Positions 36,985 through 46,579 of a stretch of DNA of 64,000 nucleotides are shown here, piece by piece; positions within the stretch are counted from its first letter, which is position 1, and each line of letters opens with the position of its first letter. Both the position numbers and the translations under genes were made by a program. The notes beneath the pieces are model-generated. The model did not search any database. It saw only the letters and a list, made by a program, of their open reading frames with translations, and had not been told where the DNA came from. Source of the stretch: Candidatus Omnitrophota bacterium (GTDB lineage: Bacteria; Omnitrophota; Gorgyraeia; Duberdicusellales; 4484-171); assembly GCA_018826075.1 (NCBI GenBank), contig JAHKAJ010000024.1, positions 69,910 to 133,909 on the forward strand, in the 5' to 3' direction.

Positions 36985-38031
36985 TTATTTAGCCAAGTGC
37001 ACAGTTTGAGTCGGAAAGGCAAATTCAATACCGCGTTTTTCAAGTTCAGCCTTTATCGAAAAGTTGATTTCCTGCTGAATATCCATATACTTGTTGTAAT
37101 CCGAACTTAACACATAGTAAACCACTTCAAAAACCAGGTTAAAATCGCCGTAAGCGGAAAAATGAGCCCGGTCAAAAAGCGCATCTTTGACTTTTTTTAT
37201 GATCTCGGCAATCGCCCCCGGCATTTCTTTGAGTTTGGAGAGCGGAGTGTCGTAGGTGACTCCTAGATGAAAGACAACCCTTCTTTTCTGCATTCGTTTA
37301 TAGTTACGCAGGCGGGAATCAGTTAAATCAGAGTTAGAAAAAACCAGTTCTTCTCCGCCAAGGCTACGAATGCGAGTAGTCTTGATGCCGACGTGTTCGA
37401 CAGTGCCCAGAAGGTCTCCGACTATGATAAAATCGCCTATTTCAAAGGGACGGTCAATAACAATTGCAAAGTAACTGAATAAATCTTTTAAAACTGCCTG
37501 AGCCGCTAAAGCTATGGCTACACCACCGATACCCAGGCCGGCAATAACCGTTGTAATTTTAAACCCCAAGTTATCCAGATAAAAAATAAGGGCTAAAACC
37601 CAGATCGAAAATTTAACTACCTTCAATACTCCACTCAAGCTGTGTTTTAATGACTGGCCTTTGTCGGATTTATGCCAGTATACTTCAAAACCATAGTTGA
37701 CCAAACGGATGATCAGGCGAACCGAAAACACAGTCAGAACCGCAATGGCTAAGGTATTAATAATCCGCACCAGATAATCGTTTAAAGTTAGGGACTTGAT
37801 CCCTAGGTATAACCCAAAAAGGTAAAGAAAAGGTACGGCTATCTTTTCAATGATCTCCACTAAAAAATCGTCAAGGGTATTGCTGGTTTTTTCTGCCCAA
37901 CTTTTAAGACGTTTTAAAAAGATTATTTTAAATACTTTGGCCGCAAAACTGATGCCTAAAAAAATAGCCGCACAAATCAAATAACTCAACAATGAATTAC
38001 CAAAAAATATGAGATTTAGAGACTCTGGCAT
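36985..38031 (-). CDS. mechanosensitive ion channel, MscS family
   Basis: Multiple N-terminal TM helices followed by an MscS beta-domain (IGDFIIVGDLLGTVEHVGIKTTRIRSLGGEE). Confidence 0.8.
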   Translation of the reverse strand: MPESLNLIFFGNSLLSYLICAAIFLGISFAAKVFKIIFLKRLKSWAEKTSNTLDDFLVEIIEKIAVPFLYLFGLYLGIKSLTLNDYLVRIINTLAIAVLTVFSVRLIIRLVNYGFEVYWHKSDKGQSLKHSLSGVLKVVKFSIWVLALIFYLDNLGFKITTVIAGLGIGGVAIALAAQAVLKDLFSYFAIVIDRPFEIGDFIIVGDLLGTVEHVGIKTTRIRSLGGEELVFSNSDLTDSRLRNYKRMQKRRVVFHLGVTYDTPLSKLKEMPGAIAEIIKKVKDALFDRAHFSAYGDFNLVFEVVYYVLSSDYNKYMDIQQEINFSIKAELEKRGIEFAFPTQTVHLAK

Positions 38032-38045
38032 AATTCCTCCTGAAC

Positions 38046-39239
38046 TTAGTTTTCCGATATTAAATAGGGAGATTTGGCCTTTTGTATATTTAGAGCGATA
38101 GAAAGCTCTTGTTCTGATAAAAAGCCGGATTCCTTTAGGATCTCACCAAGAGCCACGCCTTTTTTCCAATGAGTCAAAAGGGCTTCGTTAAGTTGTTCGG
38201 CAGAGATTGATTGCCGTTCGACTAAAATCTGGCCCAAAGGTTTATAGAAGCTTTCGGATTTACGTTGGGAAATCTCCGGCTTAGCATCTTTGTTTATTTT
38301 AGTATCCCGGCGGTCAACCATAAACTTACTTCCCGGGATAGCTTTCAGATAACGTTTTATCTCAGCGACCTTCTCATTGAGCTGGATCATGTTTTCAATT
38401 CCAAAAGTATACTCTTTATTTACTACCGCCACCGAAACTGTCATTAAAGGCGTATTAGTAAGTTTACGCGACCGGTCCCGGCTTACCACAAAACCCTGCT
38501 GACGGTCAGTTTCAGAATAATGAAAAGGCATCAGCTGGTCAAAATTCTTAATGAAGTTACGGCAAATCTTTTGATATTTGTCCAAGCTGGAAATAAAAAC
38601 GAAATCATCGCCTCCAATATGGCCGACGAAATCGTCGGGATTGCCGAAATTTCTTACTGCCGCGATCAATAAATAGGCAGTCTGAAGTATCGCCCCGTCT
38701 CCTCTACGGTAACCATAAACATCATTAAAAGATTTAAAATTATCGATATCCAAGTAAGCAAAAGAAAAAGGATTGCCTTTTTTAAATTTTTCATTCAGAA
38801 CATCCTCAAATATCTTGCTTCCGGGAAGGCCGGTTAAAGAGCTGGCATAGATGCTATGTTGAGAACGCCTGACCGCCATCTCGATTCTTATCCGTAAATC
38901 TAATGGGTCCGGTGGTTTTATTAAATAGTCATCCACGCCTTGTTTTAAGTTTAACAACTGGGCTCTTAATTGGCGTTTATTGATTAGGGTTATAACCGGT
39001 ATAAAAGCAGTGGTGAAATTTTCTTTTAACTGCCGGCAGATAGCCAGTTGTTCCTTACGGGCAGATTGGATATCGATGACAATCACATCGGGTGAAATTT
39101 TTTTGATTTTTTCGATATCCTGAGGTTCAGAGAATTGGCGCAAAATAACTTCATAGCCCCAGCCGTCAAAGCAAAAACGCAAAACTTCCTTTAGCTGGTT
39201 GTCAGAAGAAATAATCAGGATTTTCTTAATGGTATCCAT
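38046..39239 (-). CDS. response-regulator receiver, GGDEF diguanylate cyclase and C-terminal MshEN-like c-di-GMP-binding domain
   Basis: REC domain (DIVIIDIQ, Asp pocket). GGDEF domain with GGDDF active-site motif and RGDG. The C-terminus carries two LG(Q/E)IL...(S/L)..(E/Q)L..AL repeats typical of MshEN/T2SSE_N. Confidence 0.75.
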   Translation of the reverse strand: MDTIKKILIISSDNQLKEVLRFCFDGWGYEVILRQFSEPQDIEKIKKISPDVIVIDIQSARKEQLAICRQLKENFTTAFIPVITLINKRQLRAQLLNLKQGVDDYLIKPPDPLDLRIRIEMAVRRSQHSIYASSLTGLPGSKIFEDVLNEKFKKGNPFSFAYLDIDNFKSFNDVYGYRRGDGAILQTAYLLIAAVRNFGNPDDFVGHIGGDDFVFISSLDKYQKICRNFIKNFDQLMPFHYSETDRQQGFVVSRDRSRKLTNTPLMTVSVAVVNKEYTFGIENMIQLNEKVAEIKRYLKAIPGSKFMVDRRDTKINKDAKPEISQRKSESFYKPLGQILVERQSISAEQLNEALLTHWKKGVALGEILKESGFLSEQELSIALNIQKAKSPYLISEN

Positions 39240-39264
39240 CGCGAATATTATAACATCCTACAGG

Positions 39265-39348
39265 TTTTACTTCAACCATGCTGCGCCACCTTCGAGGAGT
39301 CCGCTGGCCTCTATCCTACGGCGGACACCTCGAAGGTGTAGAGTTTTA
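39265..39348. repeat. palindromic repeat element, copy 2
   Basis: TTTTACTTCAACC...CACCTTCGAGG-AGTCCGCTGGCCTCTATCCTACGGCGGA-CACCTCGAAGGTG-TAGAGTTTTA. Both stem arms carry the compensatory A-to-T / T-to-A change relative to copies 1 and 3. Confidence 0.6.
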
Positions 39349-39352
39349 GAAT

Positions 39353-42300
39353 TTATTCTTTTTTTGGTTTCTTTTGTTCCTCGGATATTTTTTGGGCGAT
39401 TTCCTTAGGCACCGGAATATACTTTTTAAAGTGCATTGAACAACTGGCCCGGCCGCTGGAAAGTGACCGTAGATTAGTGACATGGCCGAACATCTCAGCC
39501 AAAGGAGCTTCAGCCAGGATCTGTTTCTGGCCGCCTTTAGTCTCCATGCCCAAAATTTTACCTCTTCGGGAACAGATATAACCGACAATGCTGCTGGTGT
39601 ATTCTTCGGGAGTGAGGATCTCTAAATCCATGCAAGGTTCAATAAGGGTTGGCTCGCACTTTAAAAAAGCTTCACGAAAACAGCCCAAAGCCGCAAGCTT
39701 AAAGGCAATCTCTGAAGAATCGACCTCATGATAGGAACCATCGATAAGGTTTATTTTAATATCCACTACTGGATAACCGGCATAAGCGCCTTTCTTCATG
39801 GCCTCAATAAGGCCCTTTTGAACTGCCGGAATAAAATTTTTAGGTATAGCCCCACCTTTAATGCTGTCAGTAAATTCAAATCCGGCTGCCGGCTGGTTAG
39901 GAGAAAGCTCAAAAACTACGTGGCCGTACTGACCTCGTCCTCCGCTTTGTTTAACATGCTTATATTCCTGAGTTGCTGAGCCGGAAATTGTCTCTTTATA
40001 GGCTACTTTGGGCTGACCCACCGTAGCCGAAACCTTAAATTCTTCTTTGAGACGCTCAACAATTATTTCCAAATGCAGTTCGCCCATTCCCGAAAGAATT
40101 GTCTCAAGAGTCTCTTCATCAGTGTGAGCGGTAAAGGTCGGGTCTTCTTCGGTAAGTTTAGCGATTCCTTTAGCCAACCGGTCCTGATCAGTGCGGCTTT
40201 CCGGTTTGATGCTTATCGAAACTACTGGATCGGAAAAAACTATTGATTCAAGCAGTATGGGGTTTTCTGAATTGCAAAGAGTATCTCCAGTTAAAGTAAA
40301 GTTCAACCCGACTATTGCTCCGATATCACCGGCAAACATAACGTCAACGTTTTCCCTCTGGTTGGCATGCATGCGGACAATCCTACCCACGCGTTCTTTT
40401 TTATTTTTAGTCGCGTTTAGAATATAACTACCGGCCTTTAAAAACCCCGAATAAACCCGTGCGTAAACCAACTTGCCTACGTGTTGATCAGCCTGAACCT
40501 TAAAAGCTAAGGCCGAAAAAGTTTCCTCATCCTGAGGCTTACGTTCTAATTTTTTTTCCGGGTCATCAGGGTCATTGCCGATCACTGCCGGTACTTGGGC
40601 CGGCGACGGCAAATAAACAGTAATCGCATCAAGCAAATCCTGGATACCTTTGTTTTTTAAAGCTGCTCCGCATAAAACCGGTATGATCTTATTTTCAACT
40701 GTCGCCTGATGCAGAGCTTTCTTAATCTCCTCGTTAGTAATTGTATCTTCTGACTGAAGATATTTTTCCATCAGTTGGTTGTCAAAAGAAGCAACTTTTT
40801 CTATTAAGCTGTGGCGGTATTGTTTAGCCAACTCCTTGTCGTTTTCGGGTATTTCTTCCAGCTTGATATCTTTGCCGAAGGAATTCTCATCATAAAATTT
40901 AGCCTTCATCTCAATAAGGTCGATCACACCCTTAAACTCAGTTTCTTTGCCGACCGGTATTTGTAAAGCTACGGCATTAGCCCCGAGAGTAGTGACTATT
41001 TCCTGAAAAACTTTAAAAAAATCAGCACCCAGTCTGTCCATTTTGTTAATAAAGGCTATTTTGGGGACTTTATATTTAATCGATTGGCGCCAGACAGTCT
41101 CGGTTTGTGATTCAACTCCGCCTACCGCACAAAATACTGCGACTGCTCCGTCAAGAACCCTCAAAGATCGTTCTACCTCAGCGGTAAAATCAACGTGGCC
41201 AGGAGTATCAATGATCGTGATCTGGCAATCAGCCCAATTACAGGTAGTTGCTGCTGAAGTTATGGTAATGCCTCTTTCCTGTTCTTGTTTCATCCAATCC
41301 ATCTGGGCAGCTCCGTCATGGACTTCGCCGATTTTATGAGAACGGCCGGTATAAAAAAGAATCCTTTCAGTGAGCGTAGTCTTTCCAGCGTCAATATGGG
41401 CCATAATGCCGATATTGCGGATTTTATCCAAAGTTATTTTTCTTTCCGGAGGCGGTTCTTCTTTTTTCTTAACCATCTCCGTCTTGACTTCCGGTTCGGG
41501 TTTAGCTATCTCTTCCTCTGCCGGTAGCTGGATCGGGGCCGGATTTTCAGCTAATGGTTCTTCAGCTGGAACTTCCAAAGGCGGACTTTCTTCAGGCAAC
41601 TCGGGAATTGCCGGTTTTTCTTCCGGGTTTTGCGGTTCAGGCGTTAAAGTAACGGTACGCTCAAGACCCCGCAACTGGTTAAGAATACGGATCCTTTCCT
41701 CATCAATTTTTTTTGTTTCTTCCTCTTTGAGCGTCAACTCCTTTTTTTTGATTTCCAGTTCGTCTCGCAAATTTTCACATTGATTTTCCAACAAAGAATA
41801 ATCTTCTTTGGAAATCCAGCCGCTTTGACGCTCTTGTTCCTTAAGTTTGGTCAAATCGGCCAGATATTGGTTTTTTTCTTTAGCTAGATCCTGCATCTTT
41901 TGGCCCTGCTCTTTGGCTTTAGTCTCTAATAAGATTATTTTCTCATTTAGCTGGCTGAGGTTTTCCTCTTTTATCCCGATCACTTCTTCGGTTTGCTTAA
42001 GGTCCTTCTTAAGCTGGACATTATTGGAAAATTCTTTTTCCAACTGTTTTTCGGTTTCAATGAATTTAAACTTTAAAGTTTCATAAGGGCCTTTGCCTTT
42101 TTTCAAAATATCCTGTTGGCTATTCAGCCATTTTTTATTTCGTTGCAGTTCATCAGTCAACTCTTTGACCTTTTGGCTGCTGGCCTGATATTTTTGCTGT
42201 AAAGCCAAGTTATCAGTCTTAGCCTTTTCCAAAGAAATGTTTTCATTTCTAACTTCTAACATTTCCCGTTTTAAAATTTTAACATTTTCATGAAGGGTGA

Positions 42301-42439
42301 GGATTTTTTGAGCCTCGGGGCTGGACTTGGAAAGGAATCCCCGGCTAAGCAATTTTTTCGGGTCTAAAGAATCGTCGGTATTTACCGCGTAAAGAACCAG
42401 GGCTACCGCTACTCCGATAAAAAGAAAAATTACCACCAT
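39353..42439 (-). CDS. elongation factor G homolog fused in-frame to an N-terminal TM anchor, ~250-aa coiled coil and Pro/Glu-rich linker
   Basis: Residues ~340-1028 are a full EF-G ([14 protein letters not shown], domain [11 protein letters not shown]). Residues 1-330 are a hydrophobic N-terminus, Lys/Glu/Gln-rich heptad sequence and a PEPE linker, with no stop codon in the frame. An internal Met ~20 aa before the G-domain could be an alternative start. Confidence 0.7.
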   Translation of the reverse strand: MVVIFLFIGVAVALVLYAVNTDDSLDPKKLLSRGFLSKSSPEAQKILTLHENVKILKREMLEVRNENISLEKAKTDNLALQQKYQASSQKVKELTDELQRNKKWLNSQQDILKKGKGPYETLKFKFIETEKQLEKEFSNNVQLKKDLKQTEEVIGIKEENLSQLNEKIILLETKAKEQGQKMQDLAKEKNQYLADLTKLKEQERQSGWISKEDYSLLENQCENLRDELEIKKKELTLKEEETKKIDEERIRILNQLRGLERTVTLTPEPQNPEEKPAIPELPEESPPLEVPAEEPLAENPAPIQLPAEEEIAKPEPEVKTEMVKKKEEPPPERKITLDKIRNIGIMAHIDAGKTTLTERILFYTGRSHKIGEVHDGAAQMDWMKQEQERGITITSAATTCNWADCQITIIDTPGHVDFTAEVERSLRVLDGAVAVFCAVGGVESQTETVWRQSIKYKVPKIAFINKMDRLGADFFKVFQEIVTTLGANAVALQIPVGKETEFKGVIDLIEMKAKFYDENSFGKDIKLEEIPENDKELAKQYRHSLIEKVASFDNQLMEKYLQSEDTITNEEIKKALHQATVENKIIPVLCGAALKNKGIQDLLDAITVYLPSPAQVPAVIGNDPDDPEKKLERKPQDEETFSALAFKVQADQHVGKLVYARVYSGFLKAGSYILNATKNKKERVGRIVRMHANQRENVDVMFAGDIGAIVGLNFTLTGDTLCNSENPILLESIVFSDPVVSISIKPESRTDQDRLAKGIAKLTEEDPTFTAHTDEETLETILSGMGELHLEIIVERLKEEFKVSATVGQPKVAYKETISGSATQEYKHVKQSGGRGQYGHVVFELSPNQPAAGFEFTDSIKGGAIPKNFIPAVQKGLIEAMKKGAYAGYPVVDIKINLIDGSYHEVDSSEIAFKLAALGCFREAFLKCEPTLIEPCMDLEILTPEEYTSSIVGYICSRRGKILGMETKGGQKQILAEAPLAEMFGHVTNLRSLSSGRASCSMHFKKYIPVPKEIAQKISEEQKKPKKE

Positions 42440-42510
42440 GCTAAAATTATATCATATCTTTACAATAAACAAAGTCTTGAGGGAAAATTTATCTGTGTTA
42501 TAATGCATCT

Positions 42511-42960
42511 ATGCTTGCCGATAAGATTTATCAGGATTATGTCACCGCATTGAAAGCTAAGAATAAGGAAAAAACTTCATTCTTAAGCTTTATCCGGGCA
42601 GATCTACAAAATAAAGCTATTGAGCTAAAAAAAGATAAACTGGCTGACGAAGAAGTGCTGACAGCGCTCAAAAAACTTCAAAAACGCCTGTTGGACACTA
42701 AAGAAAGCTTAGCCCAATCTCAACGGACTGACCTCATTGAAAGCGCTGATAAAGAGCTTGCGCTTTTAGAAGAATACCTGCCTAAGCCTTTAACTGACGC
42801 GGAATTATTGAAAATCATCGATGAGGCAATCTCTCAAGCCGGCGCTTCTTCTATGAAGGATATGGGTAAGGTTATGAAAGAAGTCAATGCTAAAGTCGGC
42901 GTCCGGGCTGACGCTAAAAAAATCAGCCAGCTGGTTAAACAGAAACTCACCCCGAAATAG
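42511..42960 (+). CDS. GatB/YqeY domain protein
   Basis: 149 aa with YqeY-family composition. Confidence 0.75.
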   Translation: MLADKIYQDYVTALKAKNKEKTSFLSFIRADLQNKAIELKKDKLADEEVLTALKKLQKRLLDTKESLAQSQRTDLIESADKELALLEEYLPKPLTDAELLKIIDEAISQAGASSMKDMGKVMKEVNAKVGVRADAKKISQLVKQKLTPK

Positions 42961-43083
42961 CTACCTTTTTCCTTTTTTCTGAAACCGCTTCTAAAAACCA
43001 CCCCAAATCGCCTTTAAAAAATATGTATGTCATGTTACCCTTAAAAGGTAGACATACTATCGCGTGGAGAGGCGAAAATAAAA

Positions 43084-43845
43084 ATGCATAGACAGAAAAC
43101 AATTTGGGTGGTTATTTTATTGGTTCTGGGTTCTCTTAGCTTTGTGCAAGAAAGCCATGCCCAAATATCAAAAATGGCTGTAACGCCGCCGGGAGAAATT
43201 TCATCACAGAATTTACCGTCGTTTTCTTCAGGAAACAAAAAATTTATTACTCTTCCCAAAGGATACGAAAAAACAGTAAAAAGCCTTGAAGTAAGGCTGC
43301 AGGAAAAAAGGCAAGACTTAAAAGTTGTTGAGCCAAGACTATCAAAAAACACTAAACGAATAAAAAACCTTCACCAACAACTAGGGTTAGTAAAAAGGGA
43401 ATCAGGCGTAAAACTTATTGATTTTGAAAAAAATCCAGAACTGTGGCAAGCAACAAAGGAAGAAGTAGCGGTGTTAGCAAAGGCGATACGACGAGACAAA
43501 GCTCCGGTAGTAAGTTTGAAATCGAACATAAAAGTACTAGAGACAGAATTAGAAACCTATAATAAAGCTGCTTCCGGCAACGACATACTCGCTGTGCTCT
43601 CGATCCGCGTCAAGCTGCTAGGTCCTGCCCGTGTAGATACCGGAAAATATTTTAAAATGTTGGCATCTGATGTGCCTATACCGACTGCAATATACCTATC
43701 CGAACATTTTCAAAACGCACAGAAGATATATTCAGAGTTAACTCCTAAACAGATCGAATATGTTCTTAAAAACTACGATCAATATTTCCGTCATCTTACC
43801 CTAGGAGAAGCTGTTTTTCGCGCACTTCCCCAAATAGTAAACTAA
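43084..43845 (+). CDS. hypothetical secreted coiled-coil protein
   Basis: Signal peptide. No family assignment. Confidence 0.4.
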   Translation: MHRQKTIWVVILLVLGSLSFVQESHAQISKMAVTPPGEISSQNLPSFSSGNKKFITLPKGYEKTVKSLEVRLQEKRQDLKVVEPRLSKNTKRIKNLHQQLGLVKRESGVKLIDFEKNPELWQATKEEVAVLAKAIRRDKAPVVSLKSNIKVLETELETYNKAASGNDILAVLSIRVKLLGPARVDTGKYFKMLASDVPIPTAIYLSEHFQNAQKIYSELTPKQIEYVLKNYDQYFRHLTLGEAVFRALPQIVN

Positions 43846-44169
43846 TCACCATTCTCCCGACCACTCGACATCGCCATTTTGGCCCAAATCCTGGAATAAT
43901 TCCTGAAGAAATTCAACTACCGGATGGGTATTTTTTTGGAAAGCTTTTTTGATTAAGTTTTCCAAACGCTGGGGTTTTAAAAGTTCCTGGCGGATTTTGG
44001 CAAGGTTGAAATCGACCTGACCGTCAAAATAAACCAATAGATCGTTCATAAAAACATCGAGGTTGTAATTTTTATGATAATCACTTAAATTTGATATTTT
44101 TTTTACCTGGTTGCGGCGCAAAAGTTGATAATCAAAATCCGACTTACTATGTTGATCGGGGTTGTCCAT
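43846..44169 (-). CDS. hypothetical protein
   Basis: 107-aa ORF with a good ribosome-binding-site context. No family assignment. Confidence 0.35.
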   Translation of the reverse strand: MDNPDQHSKSDFDYQLLRRNQVKKISNLSDYHKNYNLDVFMNDLLVYFDGQVDFNLAKIRQELLKPQRLENLIKKAFQKNTHPVVEFLQELFQDLGQNGDVEWSGEW

Positions 44170-44178
44170 TGAGGTTAT

Positions 44179-44787
44179 TTACGGTTTAGGGTTATCGCGA
44201 TTCCAAGAATTCCAACTGCGAAGTTCTGACTCGACCTTCCAGGAGCTATCTTTTTGGCGAGAAAACATAATGTAGATGCCGGAACCGGTAGCCCGGTCCC
44301 ATTGACTACCTACATGCAATAAAGCCTGATCTCTGGTTTGGTTAAAACCAACCCGGGAAAAAGTAATTATTCCTTCGGAACGCGGGTTGCGCCGGTAATA
44401 TCTGTCCCAATAAGGATTGTGGTCGAAAATCGCGTTAAGCTCTGCCTGGCTGACGATGGTGCAATTGGCTCGCTGGTTTAAAAATGGTTCCAGGGAATAA
44501 GCTTTTATGTTTTTAGCTTTAAAATCGTTGATAATCTGATCGCCAAGGGTCGGCATCTTTTCGCGAAGATAGTTTAGCTCGGTTTCAACTGGCTGGCCGG
44601 ATTGATAAATCGCTGTGTGATCGCGAATAAAAATTTCAGCAAGTTTATCGTCTCCGCACCAGGAGTCAATTGCCGTGGAATAGATCAGGTACTCCTCCGG
44701 TTCAAAAACATATTCGTTTAAACCCCAGGCAATGCCCGAAATAGACAAAACCAAGTAAGCTAGAACCGCTAAAGTAAATAATTTCAT
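44179..44787 (-). CDS. hypothetical secreted protein
   Basis: Signal peptide. Trp-rich C-terminus. Confidence 0.4.
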   Translation of the reverse strand: MKLFTLAVLAYLVLSISGIAWGLNEYVFEPEEYLIYSTAIDSWCGDDKLAEIFIRDHTAIYQSGQPVETELNYLREKMPTLGDQIINDFKAKNIKAYSLEPFLNQRANCTIVSQAELNAIFDHNPYWDRYYRRNPRSEGIITFSRVGFNQTRDQALLHVGSQWDRATGSGIYIMFSRQKDSSWKVESELRSWNSWNRDNPKP

Positions 44788-44801
44788 TTTGGCGGGAAGG
44801 C

Positions 44802-45035
44802 CTACATTAAAGCAGCGGCTTCTTGAATTACAGGTAGAATCGCTTCGACTTCATCCTTGGACATCCTTCCTAAGCGGGTAAAGCGAAAATCACCGTTAGA
44901 GTCCCGGTTTTCCCGGGTAACCTGCATTTTTTTAGCGCCTTTGTTGTAGGAAAATACCCCTACGGTAATCTTAGTAGTGTCAGATTCCCAGGATTTAGAA
45001 AAAATTTTTTCATCCAAATTGCTGTCATACGGCAT
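44802..45035 (-). CDS. hypothetical small protein
   Basis: 77-aa ORF. Confidence 0.3.
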   Translation of the reverse strand: MPYDSNLDEKIFSKSWESDTTKITVGVFSYNKGAKKMQVTRENRDSNGDFRFTRLGRMSKDEVEAILPVIQEAAALM

Positions 45036-45123
45036 AAATATCCTCCTTGATTTACTCTGGTTATTTTAACCAAAGTAATTACTATTACTTTATTATAACA
45101 CAATTTTTCAATCTGGCTACTGT

Positions 45124-45837
45124 TTAAGCTGAATGAGTAATATGGCGTTCAACGAACAATACGATTTTTTCTTGAGTTTTTGCATCGAGATCGTAAAACT
45201 CAAGGCCCATTCCCGGAAAATCATCAGGCTGGATCTCCTGGTCAGTGATCCAGACCACTTTAGTGTCTACCTCAATGACCCCTGGTTCCGGCAAAAGGTG
45301 CACCCGGCTGGTAAGCGAATCACCTATCGAAAAAAGTTTTTGAGCCGCCACAAAGACTCCATCAGCGCTTAAATTGATGATTTTACCGCTGTAGAATTCG
45401 GCTTGGTCAGAAAATTTTTGCCGGTATTCGATGACTGTATTGAGGGGTATGCGCGTGAAGCGGCGCCGAAAGGGTTTTTCTGAAGGCGATCCAGAGTGGG
45501 TTTCTTCCTTGATTTTTTTAAAAGCGTGGTCTTCAGTAACGTGGTATTCAAACACCCGGTCTAGGCCGACGATGGAAAATAATTTCATTACGTGAGACGG
45601 GACATTGCAGAGTTTTATTATTCCGTTATGGTTAAGTACATTTTTATAGATCACCGCTATTAACGAAATACCTACATAATCAATCAGATTGACCGATTCA
45701 AAATTGCAAATGATCTGTTTAGATTTATTAGTCAAGACCCAGCCTACAGTCTCAACAAAGTTGGATGCATTTATATCGATATTGCCTTCCAGGTCTAAAA
45801 TTGCTACGTCGTCTTTCTCGCGAATATTAATATTCAT
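45124..45837 (-). CDS. STAS (anti-sigma-factor antagonist-like) domain fused to a C-terminal PilZ domain
   Basis: N-terminal region (DVAILDLEGNIDINAS...NFESVNLIDYVGISLIAVI...LCNVPSHVMKLFSIVGLDRVF) matches the SpoIIAA/STAS pattern. The C-terminus has RRRFTRIP (RxxxR) and a D.S.DGVFV-like PilZ signature. Confidence 0.6.
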   Translation of the reverse strand: MNINIREKDDVAILDLEGNIDINASNFVETVGWVLTNKSKQIICNFESVNLIDYVGISLIAVIYKNVLNHNGIIKLCNVPSHVMKLFSIVGLDRVFEYHVTEDHAFKKIKEETHSGSPSEKPFRRRFTRIPLNTVIEYRQKFSDQAEFYSGKIINLSADGVFVAAQKLFSIGDSLTSRVHLLPEPGVIEVDTKVVWITDQEIQPDDFPGMGLEFYDLDAKTQEKIVLFVERHITHSA

Positions 45838-45844
45838 TTTGAGT

Positions 45845-46579
45845 TTATATTAATAAGCTTACTAAAGAAATTAGAATACAATAGTAACCAAAAAAACTGA
45901 ATTTTTGATTTTTTAAAGTTTTGTTGACGATAAATAAAGCTAAAAGCCCCGACAGGAAAGCAGCGAAAAAACTGCCTAACAAATTAATCGGGACTATTTT
46001 TAATTCAGTCAATTCCCGGGCTTTAAGGAAAAAAGCGCCTAAAATAGCCGGGATAGCCATTAAAAAAGAAAAGGTGAAAGCTTCCTGAGGGGCGAAGCCT
46101 TTTCTAAGTAAGCTGGAAATAGTTATCCCTGAGCGAGATATTCCCGGGAGCACAGATAAGCCTTGCAGCAAACCCAAAGATAAAGCATCTTTAAACTTAA
46201 TCTCATGATGGTGTTTCTTGCCAGAAGTTTTCTTTAAACTCAACAGAATCGCAGCATTGATTAAGAGAAAAAAAGATATGAAAAAACGGCTTTCAAAAAA
46301 ATTGACTAAAAAACGGTCGATAACCAAACCAATTATAGCAGTAGTAGCAGTAATGATAGTCAGATTAAAAAAGGTTTTTTTTCGAAAAAGGAGCTTAACT
46401 ATTTGACGGCGTAAAAATATAACTATTGCTAGTAAAGTCGCCAGATGTAACAAGACAAAAAAAGGAATTAAATTATCTGAAAGGTGGGTGAGACGTTTGA
46501 TAATAAATAAATGGCCGGAACTGCTTACCGGCAGGAATTCAGTCAATCCTTGGGCAATACCCAAAGCTATTGTTTTCAC
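45845..46579 (-). CDS. uppP: undecaprenyl-diphosphatase
   Basis: The GI.QGLTEFLPVSSSGH and GISRSG motifs of BacA/UppP. Confidence 0.85.
   Translation of the reverse strand: MKTIALGIAQGLTEFLPVSSSGHLFIIKRLTHLSDNLIPFFVLLHLATLLAIVIFLRRQIVKLLFRKKTFFNLTIITATTAIIGLVIDRFLVNFFESRFFISFFLLINAAILLSLKKTSGKKHHHEIKFKDALSLGLLQGLSVLPGISRSGITISSLLRKGFAPQEAFTFSFLMAIPAILGAFFLKARELTELKIVPINLLGSFFAAFLSGLLALFIVNKTLKNQKFSFFGYYCILISLVSLLI

Noticed and set aside
41043-42086. Several 80-137-aa plus-strand ORFs (Ser-rich, low complexity)
   Set aside because: They are antisense to the coiled-coil/EF-G gene and reflect its Lys/Glu-rich repeats.
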